DNA from: Microcoleus sp.
Lineage (GTDB): Bacteria > Cyanobacteriota > Cyanobacteriia > Cyanobacteriales > Microcoleaceae
NCBI GenBank assembly: GCA_042408215.1
Contig: JAYFMW010000003.1
Location: forward strand, 416,001-480,000
DNA: 64,000 nucleotides
Reading direction: 5' to 3'
A program made the position numbers and the translations under genes. The notes below the pieces were generated by a model that saw nothing but the letters and a program-made list of their open reading frames with translations, was not told the origin of the DNA and did no database searches. Of the stretch, positions 51,861-62,023 are shown piece by piece; position 1 is the first letter of the stretch; each line of letters begins with the position of its first letter.

Positions 51861-52604
51861 GTGGAACAGGCTCTTGCTTGCGATCGATATTGGTGCAGTT
51901 TTACACCCCAAGCGGATTCATGCTCAAAATATTATTTTAAATTATTTGAACCTTTTTTGAACTTGTCCTGTCTAAACCCCTCAGATAACGAACTGGTGAG
52001 GGAGACTTCACAGGTGTTAGGTGTGTCAGCCAATGTTTTAATCGATGACTGTTCCGACTCGGACTTAGTTGCTCAATGTTTAAAGGGCGATCGCACTTGC
52101 TTTCGCTACCTTTACCAACGCTACCAACACAAAGTCAGGTCAACCCTTTACCAACTCTGCGGGCCCTCACTTCTTGACGACTTAACGCAAGAAGTATTCC
52201 TGCGAGTCTGGAAAGGATTACCCAAACTCAAGCACCAAGACAACTTTTCTACTTGGCTTTATCGAATCACTTGGAATGTGGCTTCTAACCAAAGACAAGC
52301 ATTTGCTAAACAGCATTCTTTTGATTCCAAACTCAAAAATCAAGAAGAAATGGATCGGGTTATTGTCAAAGATAATACCTCGGACTTGATGCAGTTGCAC
52401 TATCAAGATTTAGTGCAGCGGGGATTGGAGCAATTGAGCTTTGAACACCGCAGCGTTTTGGTGCTGCACGACTTAGAAGACATCCCGCAAAAAGAAGTAG
52501 CCAAAATTTTGGGACTGCCGGCGGGAACTGTCAAATCTCGCGTGTTTTATGCCCGAAATGCTGTGCGAAAATTTTTGCAAAAAGAAGGTGTCCGCGAGCT
52601 ATGA
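51861..52604 (+). CDS. ECF (group 4) RNA polymerase sigma factor, SigH-like; true start probably ~51996-52023
   Basis: DDLTQEVFLRVW, FSTWLYRI, EVAKILGLPAGTVKSRVFYAR. Confidence 0.9.
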   Translation: MEQALACDRYWCSFTPQADSCSKYYFKLFEPFLNLSCLNPSDNELVRETSQVLGVSANVLIDDCSDSDLVAQCLKGDRTCFRYLYQRYQHKVRSTLYQLCGPSLLDDLTQEVFLRVWKGLPKLKHQDNFSTWLYRITWNVASNQRQAFAKQHSFDSKLKNQEEMDRVIVKDNTSDLMQLHYQDLVQRGLEQLSFEHRSVLVLHDLEDIPQKEVAKILGLPAGTVKSRVFYARNAVRKFLQKEGVREL

Positions 52605-53038
52605 ATAACCAAAGCAGCGACCAAGAGTTAGTTAATTTCTTGAAGCAATATCGCCCAAATCTTCCTGAAGCTGCGCCAGATTTAGAGCAAAAAATTTTAG
52701 CAACAATAGAAAGGAATGAGGAAGTAGAGAAAAAGCAAAATTACCTGGAAAAAGTGCGTTATATCGCATCTAACAACAGGTCAATTATTCCCGGTTTTCC
52801 CCAGTGGGCTTTCCCTCCTGCGATTGCAGCGACGCTGATAGTTTGCTGGTCTGGCTATCGCCTGCTAGTCCCCGCACAATTTAACCCGGATGAGGGGGCG
52901 CACCTAGAAGCATTTATAGTAAATAATTGGGAAGATGTATTGCAGGATTCTCACGGCGAAAATATGAGCGATCGCGCGCAAACAGACTGGTTTAATTTCG
53001 CTGTTACCGCTGACAGCGAACCGCCAACAACTCACTAA
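52601..53038 (+). CDS. Putative single-TM anti-sigma factor (copy 1)
   Basis: ATGA overlap with the sigma gene; LVNFLKQYRP..P..APDLEQKI; TM segment. Confidence 0.75.
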   Translation: MNNQSSDQELVNFLKQYRPNLPEAAPDLEQKILATIERNEEVEKKQNYLEKVRYIASNNRSIIPGFPQWAFPPAIAATLIVCWSGYRLLVPAQFNPDEGAHLEAFIVNNWEDVLQDSHGENMSDRAQTDWFNFAVTADSEPPTTH

Positions 53039-53057
53039 TTTCAAAGAGGTAATTTTC

Positions 53058-53543
53058 ATGTCAATTCGTCGCATTTCTGCCCTAGCCGTTTTAATGCTGA
53101 CTCTCGGCAGCACAACCGCAGCAATCGCAGTTCCCAATCCCATAGAACCGCAAACTGTTGCACAAAATCAGCGACCAAATCGACCTGGTGGTAAGGAAGG
53201 TGGGATGTTCGACAAACTTAATTTAAGCGCAGACCAAAAACAGAAAATGCAGGCAGTTCGCGATCAATATAAAGACCAAATTTCCCAGCGAATGCAAGCA
53301 GTGCGTCAAGCCAGACAAGAATTAAAAACTATGATGGCCGGCACGGCAAATGCCAGCCAAATGCGCGATAAACACCGTCAAATCATGGGATTGAGACAAC
53401 AGTTGGAAGATGTGCAATTTGAAAGTACACTGGCAATGCGAGAGCTACTCACGTCTGAACAGCGCAGCCAATTGGCTCAACTGATGCAGCAGCGGCAGCA
53501 AGCTGCCAAAAACCGGACGCCAAACGGCCCAAAACCACAGTAA
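53058..53543 (+). CDS. Spy/CpxP-family periplasmic chaperone (copy 1)
   Basis: Signal peptide; LNLSADQ and LTSEQR (LTXXQ) motifs. Confidence 0.88.
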   Translation: MSIRRISALAVLMLTLGSTTAAIAVPNPIEPQTVAQNQRPNRPGGKEGGMFDKLNLSADQKQKMQAVRDQYKDQISQRMQAVRQARQELKTMMAGTANASQMRDKHRQIMGLRQQLEDVQFESTLAMRELLTSEQRSQLAQLMQQRQQAAKNRTPNGPKPQ

Positions 53544-53775
53544 TTTAATGGGGAATTGGTAATGGGGAATTGGTAATCGGCGTGTTTTCTTTCCCCGGAG
53601 ATCCCCTAGCCCCCTTAATAAGGGGGGACAAGAGCGATCTTTCGTCACCCCCTACTCACACCCTACTCCCAAGGGTGCGGGGGATGCGAGGGGGTTCGAG
53701 ACTCGACTACAAGCGACATTTATTATGGGTCTTAAATCCTTTGTTAAGTAAGTCCTATTTAAGTTAAAATAATTA

Positions 53776-53877
53776 TAGGACTTACGCAAAAAAACCGGTT
53801 TCTGAGAAAATTCAGGCATCTCTGTGACAGATATTGACGTAGAAACCGGGTTTTTGGCCCCCAGTGCGTAAGTCCTA
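53776..53877. repeat. MITE-like repeat with TAGGACTTACGCA TIRs (duplicated at 55836-55937)
   Basis: Perfect 13-bp terminal inverted repeat. Confidence 0.8.
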
Positions 53878-53908
53878 AATTAGTTGTAGATTTAATCAAA
53901 AACGCTTA

Positions 53909-54664
53909 ATGAATTTACCCAAAAATTCGAGTTACATTTATTTACACGGATTTGCTTCCAGTCCCGATTCCCTTAAGGGAAAATATTTCCGCGATCGCTT
54001 TTCTTCCCTAGCAATCGATCTGAAAATTCCCGATCTCAATCAAAATGATTTTTCTCGCCTCACCCTCACCCGCCAATTACACCAAATAGAAACAGCATTT
54101 TTGCAACCCCAAACCCTTCAAAATGTCAAAAAATCTGGTGAAGTCACAATAATTGGGTCGAGTTTTGGGGGGCTGACAGCGGCTTGGTTAGCCCAGCGAC
54201 AATTATCAGTAAAACAAATAGTTTTGCTAGCACCAGCTTTTCAATTCCTGTCTCACTGGCTGCCGCTGTTGGGACAGCAACAGTTAGAAAAGTGGCGGTC
54301 TGAGAAATATTTACCCGTTTACCACTCCCGCGAACAGCGCGATCTGCCGCTGAATTATCAGTTTGTGGTCGATCTGGATCAATACCCTGAACAAAAATTA
54401 ATGCGAGCGGTGCCTACGTTAATTATCAAAGATAATACCTCGGACTTGATGCAGTTGCACTATCAAGATTTAGTGCAGCGGGGCTTGGAGCAATTGAGCT
54501 TTGAACACCGCAGCGTTTTGGTGCTGCACGACTTAGAAGACATCCCGCAAAAAGAAGTAGCCAAAATTTTGGGACTGCCGGCGGGAACTGTCAAATCTCG
54601 CGTGTTTTATGCCCGAAATGCTGTGCGAAAATTTTTGCAAAAAGAAGGTGTCCGCGAGCTATGA
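53909..54664 (+). CDS. Chimeric ORF: YqiA-like esterase N-terminus fused in frame to ECF sigma region 4
   Basis: First ~173 aa as 55969-56646; last ~78 aa as the sigma C-terminus; spans the duplication junction. Confidence 0.85.
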   Translation: MNLPKNSSYIYLHGFASSPDSLKGKYFRDRFSSLAIDLKIPDLNQNDFSRLTLTRQLHQIETAFLQPQTLQNVKKSGEVTIIGSSFGGLTAAWLAQRQLSVKQIVLLAPAFQFLSHWLPLLGQQQLEKWRSEKYLPVYHSREQRDLPLNYQFVVDLDQYPEQKLMRAVPTLIIKDNTSDLMQLHYQDLVQRGLEQLSFEHRSVLVLHDLEDIPQKEVAKILGLPAGTVKSRVFYARNAVRKFLQKEGVREL

Positions 54665-55098
54665 ATAACCAAAGCAGCGACCAAGAGTTAGTTAATTTCT
54701 TGAAGCAATATCGCCCAAATCTTCCTGAAGCTGCGCCAGATTTAGAGCAAAAAATTTTAGCAACAATAGAAAGGAATGAGGAAGTAGAGAAAAAGCAAAA
54801 TTACCTGGAAAAAGTGCGTTATATCGCATCTAACAACAGGTCAATTATTCCCGGTTTTCCCCAGTGGGCTTTCCCTCCTGCGATTGCAGCGACGCTGATA
54901 GTTTGCTGGTCTGGCTATCGCCTGCTAGTCCCCGCACAATTTAACCCGGATGAGGGGGCGCACCTAGAAGCATTTATAGTAAATAATTGGGAAGATGTAT
55001 TGCAGGATTCTCACGGCGAAAATATGAGCGATCGCGCGCAAACAGACTGGTTTAATTTCGCTGTTACCGCTGACAGCGAACCGCCAACAACTCACTAA
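54661..55098 (+). CDS. Putative anti-sigma factor (copy 2)
   Basis: Identical protein to 52601-53038. Confidence 0.75.
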   Translation: MNNQSSDQELVNFLKQYRPNLPEAAPDLEQKILATIERNEEVEKKQNYLEKVRYIASNNRSIIPGFPQWAFPPAIAATLIVCWSGYRLLVPAQFNPDEGAHLEAFIVNNWEDVLQDSHGENMSDRAQTDWFNFAVTADSEPPTTH

Positions 55099-55117
55099 TT
55101 TCAAAGAGGTAATTTTC

Positions 55118-55603
55118 ATGTCAATTCGTCGCATTTCTGCCCTAGCCGTTTTAATGCTGACTCTCGGCAGCACAACCGCAGCAATCGCAGTTCCCAATCC
55201 CATAGAACCGCAAACTGTTGCACAAAATCAGCGACCAAATCGACCTGGTGGTAAGGAAGGTGGGATGTTCGACAAACTTAATTTAAGCGCAGACCAAAAA
55301 CAGAAAATGCAGGCAGTTCGCGATCAATATAAAGACCAAATTTCCCAGCGAATGCAAGCAGTGCGTCAAGCCAGACAAGAATTAAAAACTATGATGGCCG
55401 GCACGGCAAATGCCAGCCAAATGCGCGATAAACACCGTCAAATCATGGGATTGAGACAACAGTTGGAAGATGTGCAATTTGAAAGTACACTGGCAATGCG
55501 AGAGCTACTCACGTCTGAACAGCGCAGCCAATTGGCTCAACTGATGCAGCAGCGGCAGCAAGCTGCCAAAAACCGGACGCCAAACGGCCCAAAACCACAG
55601 TAA
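55118..55603 (+). CDS. Spy/CpxP-family chaperone (copy 2)
   Basis: Identical protein to 53058-53543. Confidence 0.88.
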   Translation: MSIRRISALAVLMLTLGSTTAAIAVPNPIEPQTVAQNQRPNRPGGKEGGMFDKLNLSADQKQKMQAVRDQYKDQISQRMQAVRQARQELKTMMAGTANASQMRDKHRQIMGLRQQLEDVQFESTLAMRELLTSEQRSQLAQLMQQRQQAAKNRTPNGPKPQ

Positions 55604-55968
55604 TTTAATGGGGAATTGGTAATGGGGAATTGGTAATCGGCGTGTTTTCTTTCCCCGGAGATCCCCTAGCCCCCTTAATAAGGGGGGACAAGAGCGATCT
55701 TTCGTCACCCCCTACTCACACCCTACTCCCAAGGGTGCGGGGGATGCGAGGGGGTTCGAGACTCGACTACAAGCGACATTTATTATGGGTCTTAAATCCT
55801 TTGTTAAGTAAGTCCTATTTAAGTTAAAATAATTATAGGACTTACGCAAAAAAACCGGTTTCTGAGAAAATTCAGGCATCTCTGTGACAGATATTGACGT
55901 AGAAACCGGGTTTTTGGCCCCCAGTGCGTAAGTCCTAAATTAGTTGTAGATTTAATCAAAAACGCTTA

Positions 55969-56646
55969 ATGAATTTACCCAAAAATTCGAGTTACATTTA
56001 TTTACACGGATTTGCTTCCAGTCCCGATTCCCTTAAGGGAAAATATTTCCGCGATCGCTTTTCTTCCCTAGCAATCGATCTGAAAATTCCCGATCTCAAT
56101 CAAAATGATTTTTCTCGCCTCACCCTCACCCGCCAATTACACCAAATAGAAACAGCATTTTTGCAACCCCAAACCCTTCAAAATGTCAAAAAATCTGGTG
56201 AAGTCACAATAATTGGGTCGAGTTTTGGGGGGCTGACAGCGGCTTGGTTAGCCCAGCGACAATTATCAGTAAAACAAATAGTTTTGCTAGCACCAGCTTT
56301 TCAATTCCTGTCTCACTGGCTGCCGCTGTTGGGACAGCAACAGTTAGAAAAGTGGCGGTCTGAGAAATATTTACCCGTTTACCACTCCCGCGAACAGCGC
56401 GATCTGCCGCTGAATTATCAGTTTGTGGTCGATCTGGATCAATACCCTGAACAAAAATTAATGCGAGCGGTGCCTACGTTAATTATGCACGGCCTGCATG
56501 ATACAATAATACCGATTCAAGCTAGCAGAAATTTTGCCGCTAACCGTCCCTGGGTGCAATTAATCGAACTAGAAGATGACCATTCTTTGGGAAATTTCCT
56601 AGCAGAAATTTGGGAAGCGATTCAAAAGTTTTGCCAATTCAACTAA
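55969..56646 (+). CDS. YqiA/YcfP-family alpha/beta hydrolase (esterase)
   Basis: YLHGFASSP, GSSFGG, HGLHD, DDHSL. Confidence 0.9.
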   Translation: MNLPKNSSYIYLHGFASSPDSLKGKYFRDRFSSLAIDLKIPDLNQNDFSRLTLTRQLHQIETAFLQPQTLQNVKKSGEVTIIGSSFGGLTAAWLAQRQLSVKQIVLLAPAFQFLSHWLPLLGQQQLEKWRSEKYLPVYHSREQRDLPLNYQFVVDLDQYPEQKLMRAVPTLIMHGLHDTIIPIQASRNFAANRPWVQLIELEDDHSLGNFLAEIWEAIQKFCQFN

Positions 56647-56678
56647 AATTTGATTAACTTGCAAGTCTCAACACTCAA

Positions 56679-57437
56679 ATGACTCAAAAAGATCGATCGA
56701 CTCGCACCTTAGCCGTTGACATTGGCGGAAGCGGCATCAAAGTTATGGTTTTGGACGCCCAAGGCCAACCCCAAACGGAACGCAGCCGTTTAGAAACACC
56801 TCAACCGCCCAAGCCCGAACCCGTACTGGAAGCCATAGCCTCCTTAGCCGGGGGACAAGGGGACTTCGACAGAGTATCCGTCGGTTTCCCCGGAGTCGTG
56901 CGTCGCGGCGTCACCAAAACCGCAGTCAATTTAGATCCGTCTTGGATCGATTTTGACCTAGCAACTACCCTCAAAGATCGCTTAGGAAAACCTGTGCGAG
57001 TGGCCAATGATGCCGATATTCAAGGATTGGGATCAATTGCTGGTAACGGAGTAGAATTAGTAATTACTCTTGGTACAGGTTGCGGTTCTTCTTTATTTGT
57101 CGATGGCATCTTAGTGCCTAATCTGGAACTCGGACATCACCCGTTTCGAAAAGGGGAAACTTACGAACAGCAATTAGGGCGTTTGGCCTTTGATACCGTC
57201 GGCTCCAAAAGATGGAATCGCCGTCTGCAAAAGGCGATATTCTGTCTGCAAAATCTGTTTAGTTTGGATTATTTATACCTCGGCGGTGGTAATACTAAAA
57301 AAATTGTTTTTGAATTACCAGCCCAGGTAAAAATAGTGCCGAATGTGAGCGGTTTGTTAGGCGGAATTGCTTTGTGGCGCGATGAAAATAGTCATAAGTC
57401 ATTAGTTCAATTACTGCATTTGCCTTCTTCCTTCTGA
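56679..57437 (+). CDS. ppgK: ROK-family polyphosphate glucokinase
   Basis: [27 protein letters not shown]. Confidence 0.8.
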   Translation: MTQKDRSTRTLAVDIGGSGIKVMVLDAQGQPQTERSRLETPQPPKPEPVLEAIASLAGGQGDFDRVSVGFPGVVRRGVTKTAVNLDPSWIDFDLATTLKDRLGKPVRVANDADIQGLGSIAGNGVELVITLGTGCGSSLFVDGILVPNLELGHHPFRKGETYEQQLGRLAFDTVGSKRWNRRLQKAIFCLQNLFSLDYLYLGGGNTKKIVFELPAQVKIVPNVSGLLGGIALWRDENSHKSLVQLLHLPSSF

Positions 57438-57502
57438 CTGACATCCGTTACATCCGTTACATCCGTTACAAAATCCGTTGCCGAACTTCCTTCTTATATA
57501 CC

Positions 57503-58741
57503 ATGCTTCCCTTTATCCGAAAAGACTTAGCCCAACTTACCGCATACACTCCCCATCCGGGTGCAGCGTCAGGAGAATCAGCGCCGTCGGAAAGTGCGAT
57601 CGATCGCCTGGATACCAACGAATGTCCCTACGACTTACCAGGGGAATTAAAACAAAAGTTAGCTTGGAGTTACCAGCAGCTAATTGAGACAAATCGCTAT
57701 CCAGACGGTGGCCACGCAGCACTGAAAGAGGCGATCGCCCAATACGTCAATGAATCGATCGCAGAATCGATCGCTGTACCTCCCCTTGACAAGGGAGGTT
57801 TAGGGGGAGTTACACCGCTAAAAACAGGCATTACAGCCGACAATATTTCTGTCGGTAACGGTTCCGACGAACTAATTCGATCGCTCTTAATTGCGACGTG
57901 CTTGGGCTCAGTTGGCTCCATTTTCGTTGCGAATCCCACCTTTTCGATGTATGGAATTATCGCCCAAACCCTGGGAATTCCCGTTGTCAGTGCTGGGCGA
58001 AAACCAGAGACTTTTGAAATCGATATCGAGGTGGCTAAAAGGGCGATCCTCTCCGAGGGCTGCGCTAACGCCCAAACGGAAAATCCACCCGTGCGCGTCG
58101 TCTTTGTCGTTCATCCCAATTCCCCCACCGCCAATGCTTTGACAACCGATGAAATAGAATGGTTGTCAACTTTACCCGAAGATATTTTAGTAGTAATTGA
58201 CGAAGCCTATTTTGAATTCAGCCAAAATACCTTAGCTGGAAAATTACACCAACATCCGAATTGGATAATTTTGCGAACATTTTCCAAAGCATTTCGACTA
58301 GCATCAATGAGAGTCGGATATGCGATCGCCCATCCCTCACTCACAGCCGCCTTAGAAAAAATCCGCCTTCCTTACAATCTCCCCGCTTTCTCCCAATTAG
58401 CAGCAGAATTTGCCCTAGCCCAGCGACAATTATTGCTAGCAACAATCCCTGAGACTATATCAGAAAGAGCCAAATTAATTGCAGCGCTAACTCAGCATCG
58501 AAAATTGCAAGTTTGGCCGAGTGCGGCTAACTTCATTTACCTGCGGGTGAAAGCCGACGATTCCCTACGGGATAGCTCCGCTTCACGTAATTTAGAAGAA
58601 CAAGAACACAAACAAATCATGGAGCAACTAAAAGCTCAAGGAACATTAATTCGCCATACTGGGGGAGGTTTGCGAATTACGGTTGGTAGCCCGGAGGAAA
58701 ATCAGCGAACAGTCGATCGCATTTCTGGGATTTTGACTTGA
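57503..58741 (+). CDS. hisC: Histidinol-phosphate aminotransferase with repeat-derived insertions
   Basis: [33 protein letters not shown]. Confidence 0.92.
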   Translation: MLPFIRKDLAQLTAYTPHPGAASGESAPSESAIDRLDTNECPYDLPGELKQKLAWSYQQLIETNRYPDGGHAALKEAIAQYVNESIAESIAVPPLDKGGLGGVTPLKTGITADNISVGNGSDELIRSLLIATCLGSVGSIFVANPTFSMYGIIAQTLGIPVVSAGRKPETFEIDIEVAKRAILSEGCANAQTENPPVRVVFVVHPNSPTANALTTDEIEWLSTLPEDILVVIDEAYFEFSQNTLAGKLHQHPNWIILRTFSKAFRLASMRVGYAIAHPSLTAALEKIRLPYNLPAFSQLAAEFALAQRQLLLATIPETISERAKLIAALTQHRKLQVWPSAANFIYLRVKADDSLRDSSASRNLEEQEHKQIMEQLKAQGTLIRHTGGGLRITVGSPEENQRTVDRISGILT

Positions 58742-58791
58742 CAAAAAACATAAAAAATGGTATGAATTCAGCCAAATTAATCATACCATTT

Positions 58792-59361
58792 TTAGCGATC
58801 GACCTGTCGCGCCCTCCGAATTGTTTGGGGAAATACGCCGATTAAAAGCGCCAAAGCTCGATCGGGAATTTGTACCACTGTTGGCGCATCAAAATATTGT
58901 TCAAACTGAGTTAAAAGCATTTGCGATCGTTCCAAAGCAGCCGGCTTAGCCGTTAACTGTTCCGTTAAGCGCACCCAGTGTCGCCGAATTCCAAAAGCTT
59001 TCTGTCTTTCTTCGGGAGATTGAAGGTAAACCAAGCAAAAGTCACCCACGGGAATTGCTTCCTGAGAGTCAAGATCAAAAGCACCCCCGACGGCGGCCCC
59101 AGGCCCAGCAAACTCCGCGTGGAAGCGTTTAATCAAAATTAAACCGTTCCGGCGATGGCTATCTACCATCAACAGTTGGCCGCTGTTGAGTTCTGCGATC
59201 GTGTCCGATGGGTGGGGGTTGTGAATCAAATCTGTGTCGGGGTTTCGATGTCGAGCTTCCGTGCCAACACGGCTAGCGCGGACAATACAATGAGATCTAA
59301 AATCAGAGCTGGATGAAGTATCAACTTTGCGATACTCCCGCTGTTGATCGAGGTGATCCAT
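58792..59361 (-). CDS. Conserved cyanobacterial hypothetical protein (possibly Crp-like); start uncertain
   Basis: HAEFAGPGAAVGG motif; C-terminal HTH-like ALALLIGVFPQTI. Confidence 0.7.
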   Translation of the reverse strand: MDHLDQQREYRKVDTSSSSDFRSHCIVRASRVGTEARHRNPDTDLIHNPHPSDTIAELNSGQLLMVDSHRRNGLILIKRFHAEFAGPGAAVGGAFDLDSQEAIPVGDFCLVYLQSPEERQKAFGIRRHWVRLTEQLTAKPAALERSQMLLTQFEQYFDAPTVVQIPDRALALLIGVFPQTIRRARQVDR

Positions 59362-59418
59362 TTAAACTTACACACAATATTGTCACAAGGTGGTAACTTG
59401 AGCGCGATCGAATATCAA

Positions 59419-59841
59419 ATGCACGTAGAACAAGCAGTAGACACACTCAAAGCGGATCTCCCGACGCTTTTTGAGCAAGACATCAGCTACGACATCTACA
59501 CAAAAGATGTCTATTTTCAAGACCCTGTTAACAAATTTAAAGGAAAAATCAACTACCGGATTATCTTTTGGACTCTGCGATTTCACGGTCAACTATTTTT
59601 CACCGAGATTTTCTTCGACCTCCACGACGTAACTCAGACAGCCCCTGATACTATTCTGGCAAATTGGACTGTTCGCGGGGTATTGCGCGTTCCCTGGAAA
59701 GCTCGGATATTCTTCAACGGCTATTCTACTTACAAGCTGGATGAAGACGGCTTAATTTACCAACATATCGACACCTGGGACAGAGAACCAGGAGAGATTT
59801 TAAACCAGTTTTTCCGCAAGGGAGAAGCAATCAATAAGTAG
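59419..59841 (+). CDS. DUF2358 / NTF2-like protein
   Basis: YDIY..DVYFQDP.NKFKG, HIDTWD. Confidence 0.8.
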   Translation: MHVEQAVDTLKADLPTLFEQDISYDIYTKDVYFQDPVNKFKGKINYRIIFWTLRFHGQLFFTEIFFDLHDVTQTAPDTILANWTVRGVLRVPWKARIFFNGYSTYKLDEDGLIYQHIDTWDREPGEILNQFFRKGEAINK

Positions 59842-59893
59842 AAGGAAGAAGGAAGAAGGAAGAAGGAAGAAGGAAGAAGGAAGAAGGAAGAAG
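59840..59893. repeat. AGAAGGA heptamer array
   Basis: Direct reading. Confidence 0.9.
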
Positions 59894-60015
59894 ACTTATG
59901 CAGAAAGCTTTTTAGTCATCCGTATTTTACGTTAAATTACGTGGATTTGCTGAACTAAAAATTAACCTATATTTATTGGTAAAGTTCATTATTAAACGTA
60001 AAATGTTTTTCTGTT

Positions 60016-60048
60016 AGCTCCCAGACTTCTTAAAGAAGTCTGGGAGCT
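60016..60048. terminator. Strong hairpin between convergent genes
   Basis: AGCTCCCAGACTTCTT-A-AAGAAGTCTGGGAGCT, with a T-run shortly downstream. Confidence 0.6.
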
Positions 60049-60079
60049 GGGTATTCTTTTTTTTTAACCCGTCGATCGC

Positions 60080-61564
60080 TTAATTAGCCGAACCTAAAAT
60101 CAAGCCCGATCGCGCCGGCAGCATCAATTCTAAATGCCGAGTTTCCCCTTCACCTTTCCAAACAAACTCACCTTGACCAAACAGCAATTTATCGTGAGGA
60201 GATTTCACACTTCGGCCGCGCTCAGTGACCGGCGCCTCAAAGCTAATATTTGCAGATTCCGTCGCAACATTGACAGCAATAACTATTTCCTCATCCCCCA
60301 AAATTCTAGCAAAAACATAAACCGTTCCCTCAGCCAACAAAATTTGGTACGATCCAGTGCGGAGAGCGCAGTATTTGTGCCGCAAAGCGATCAACTGCTT
60401 GTGGTAATCTAAAACATCAAGTTCCCAATCAGATTCTAAGGGAAAACCGCGACGGGAATCTGGATCGAGAGCACCGGGTAAACCAACTTCATCACCGTAG
60501 TAAATGCTGGGAGCTCCGGGAAAAGTTAACAGCAGCAAAGTAGCGAGTTCAACGCTCTTTTTGTCACCTCCAGCAATTGTGATTAACCTCGCGGTATCGT
60601 GACTCGCTAACAAATTTAGTTGAGTTAGCTGTATTTCCCAAGGATACAATTCTAAAACATCCTGAATTTTGTCGCCGTACTCCTTAGCAAAAAGCGGCGG
60701 ATAGGGACGGTAAGAACGACCTTCAATTTGAGCTAAATCCACTCGATCGCCCGCAGCAAAAGCAATAGTCGGCCCAGCAAAAAGATAATTCATCACCCCG
60801 TCAAATTGAGTACCGTCGAGCCATTCCCTCCCATCCTCCCAGACTTCGCCCACAATGTAAGCTTCGGGATTAATTGCTTTAACTCGTTCTCGAAATTCCT
60901 GCCAAAATCCTGGTGTTTTAATTTCAAAAGGAACATCTAGCCGCCAGCCGTCGATACCGAATTTAATCCAGTATTCGGCTATTTCCATGATATATTCTCG
61001 CACTTCTGGATTGTCGTGATTGAATTCAGGAAGTGCTCGATTTCCGTCCCAACCGACATAATTAGCTGGCAAATTGCCATCGTAAGCAGATAGCGGCCAG
61101 CCTTCTATTTTAAACCAATCCAACCAGGGAGAATGGGGGCCGTTTTCGAGGATGTCGTGGAAGAAGAAAAAGCCCCGGCTGGCGTGGTTAAATACGCCGT
61201 CGAGGACGATTTTGATGTTGCGAGCGTGGGCGGCATCTAGAAGCTCTTTAAAAGCCGGATTGCCGCCCAACATCGGATCGACTTGATAGTAGTCGTGGGT
61301 GTGGTAGCGGTGATTGCTGGCGGATTGAAAAATCGGGGTAAAGTAAATGGCGTTAATGCCTAAATCTTGCAAGTAGTCTAGCTGTTCCATCACGCCCCAC
61401 AAGTCGCCGCCTTTGTAGCCTTGCAGGGTGGGGATTTCGTGCCATTCTTCCCACATGAAGTTTTGCAGCAGGCGTTTGCGGGGCTGTTTGCTTTTGGCGA
61501 AGCGATCGGGGAATATTTGGTAGAATACCGCGTGTTTAACCCAGTCCGGTGTTTGAATTTGCAT
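60080..61564 (-). CDS. GH13 neopullulanase/cyclomaltodextrinase-like alpha-amylase
   Basis: FYQIFPDRF, DGVFNH, GWRLDV, GEVW, ASHD. Confidence 0.93.
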   Translation of the reverse strand: MQIQTPDWVKHAVFYQIFPDRFAKSKQPRKRLLQNFMWEEWHEIPTLQGYKGGDLWGVMEQLDYLQDLGINAIYFTPIFQSASNHRYHTHDYYQVDPMLGGNPAFKELLDAAHARNIKIVLDGVFNHASRGFFFFHDILENGPHSPWLDWFKIEGWPLSAYDGNLPANYVGWDGNRALPEFNHDNPEVREYIMEIAEYWIKFGIDGWRLDVPFEIKTPGFWQEFRERVKAINPEAYIVGEVWEDGREWLDGTQFDGVMNYLFAGPTIAFAAGDRVDLAQIEGRSYRPYPPLFAKEYGDKIQDVLELYPWEIQLTQLNLLASHDTARLITIAGGDKKSVELATLLLLTFPGAPSIYYGDEVGLPGALDPDSRRGFPLESDWELDVLDYHKQLIALRHKYCALRTGSYQILLAEGTVYVFARILGDEEIVIAVNVATESANISFEAPVTERGRSVKSPHDKLLFGQGEFVWKGEGETRHLELMLPARSGLILGSAN

Positions 61565-61636
61565 AGAATCCTCGTAGCTTGCTATGGCTTAGGCTACTGT
61601 AGCTCATGTTGCTCCTGGATCTAGCTTGTGGTAGAA

Positions 61637-61945
61637 AGCCATTGGGTATTTCAACTCCACTTCGACTTCGCTCTGTTACCGTCTTTTTGGCTTCACTCTG
61701 TTACCGCGTTTTTTTAAATCGCCATAATTTATTGATGAGTATTTCAACTCCACTTTGACTACCCTTCGGCTACGCTCAGGGGGGTCTGCTGTCGTGACCG
61801 TCTTTTGCTCTGTTACCGTCTTTTTTTTAGTTTTTTTTAGGTGCCATAATTTATGGCTGGGTATTTTAACTCACACTTCGGCTTCGCGAGCGTGACCGGT
61901 TCGGTTTCGCTCTGTTACCAAACTTCCTCCTGTTACCAAACTTCC
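61637..61945. repeat. Three degenerate ~100-bp tandem units with TTCG(A/G)CT(T/A)CGCTC / CTGTTACC dispersed-repeat motifs
   Basis: GCCAT..GTATTTCAACTCCAC recurs at ~61640, ~61721 and ~61843. Confidence 0.65.
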
Positions 61946-62023
61946 TCCTTTCCCCCCTTGTCAAGAAGTCCTCACCATCAGACACTGGACTTGGAGAGTT
62001 CATCGGCCCCTGGAGGAAGTACC

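Larger units (their letters stand above)
52367..56486. repeat. Direct tandem duplication of 2060 bp (52367-54426 / 54427-56486)
   Basis: Identical ORFs offset by 2060; one visible SNP (52424 A vs 54484 C). Confidence 0.95.

Noticed and set aside
61853..62023. N-terminal extension of glgC in the ORF track
   Set aside because: Derived from repeats; the conserved start is the TTG at 62024 with a GGAGG RBS.
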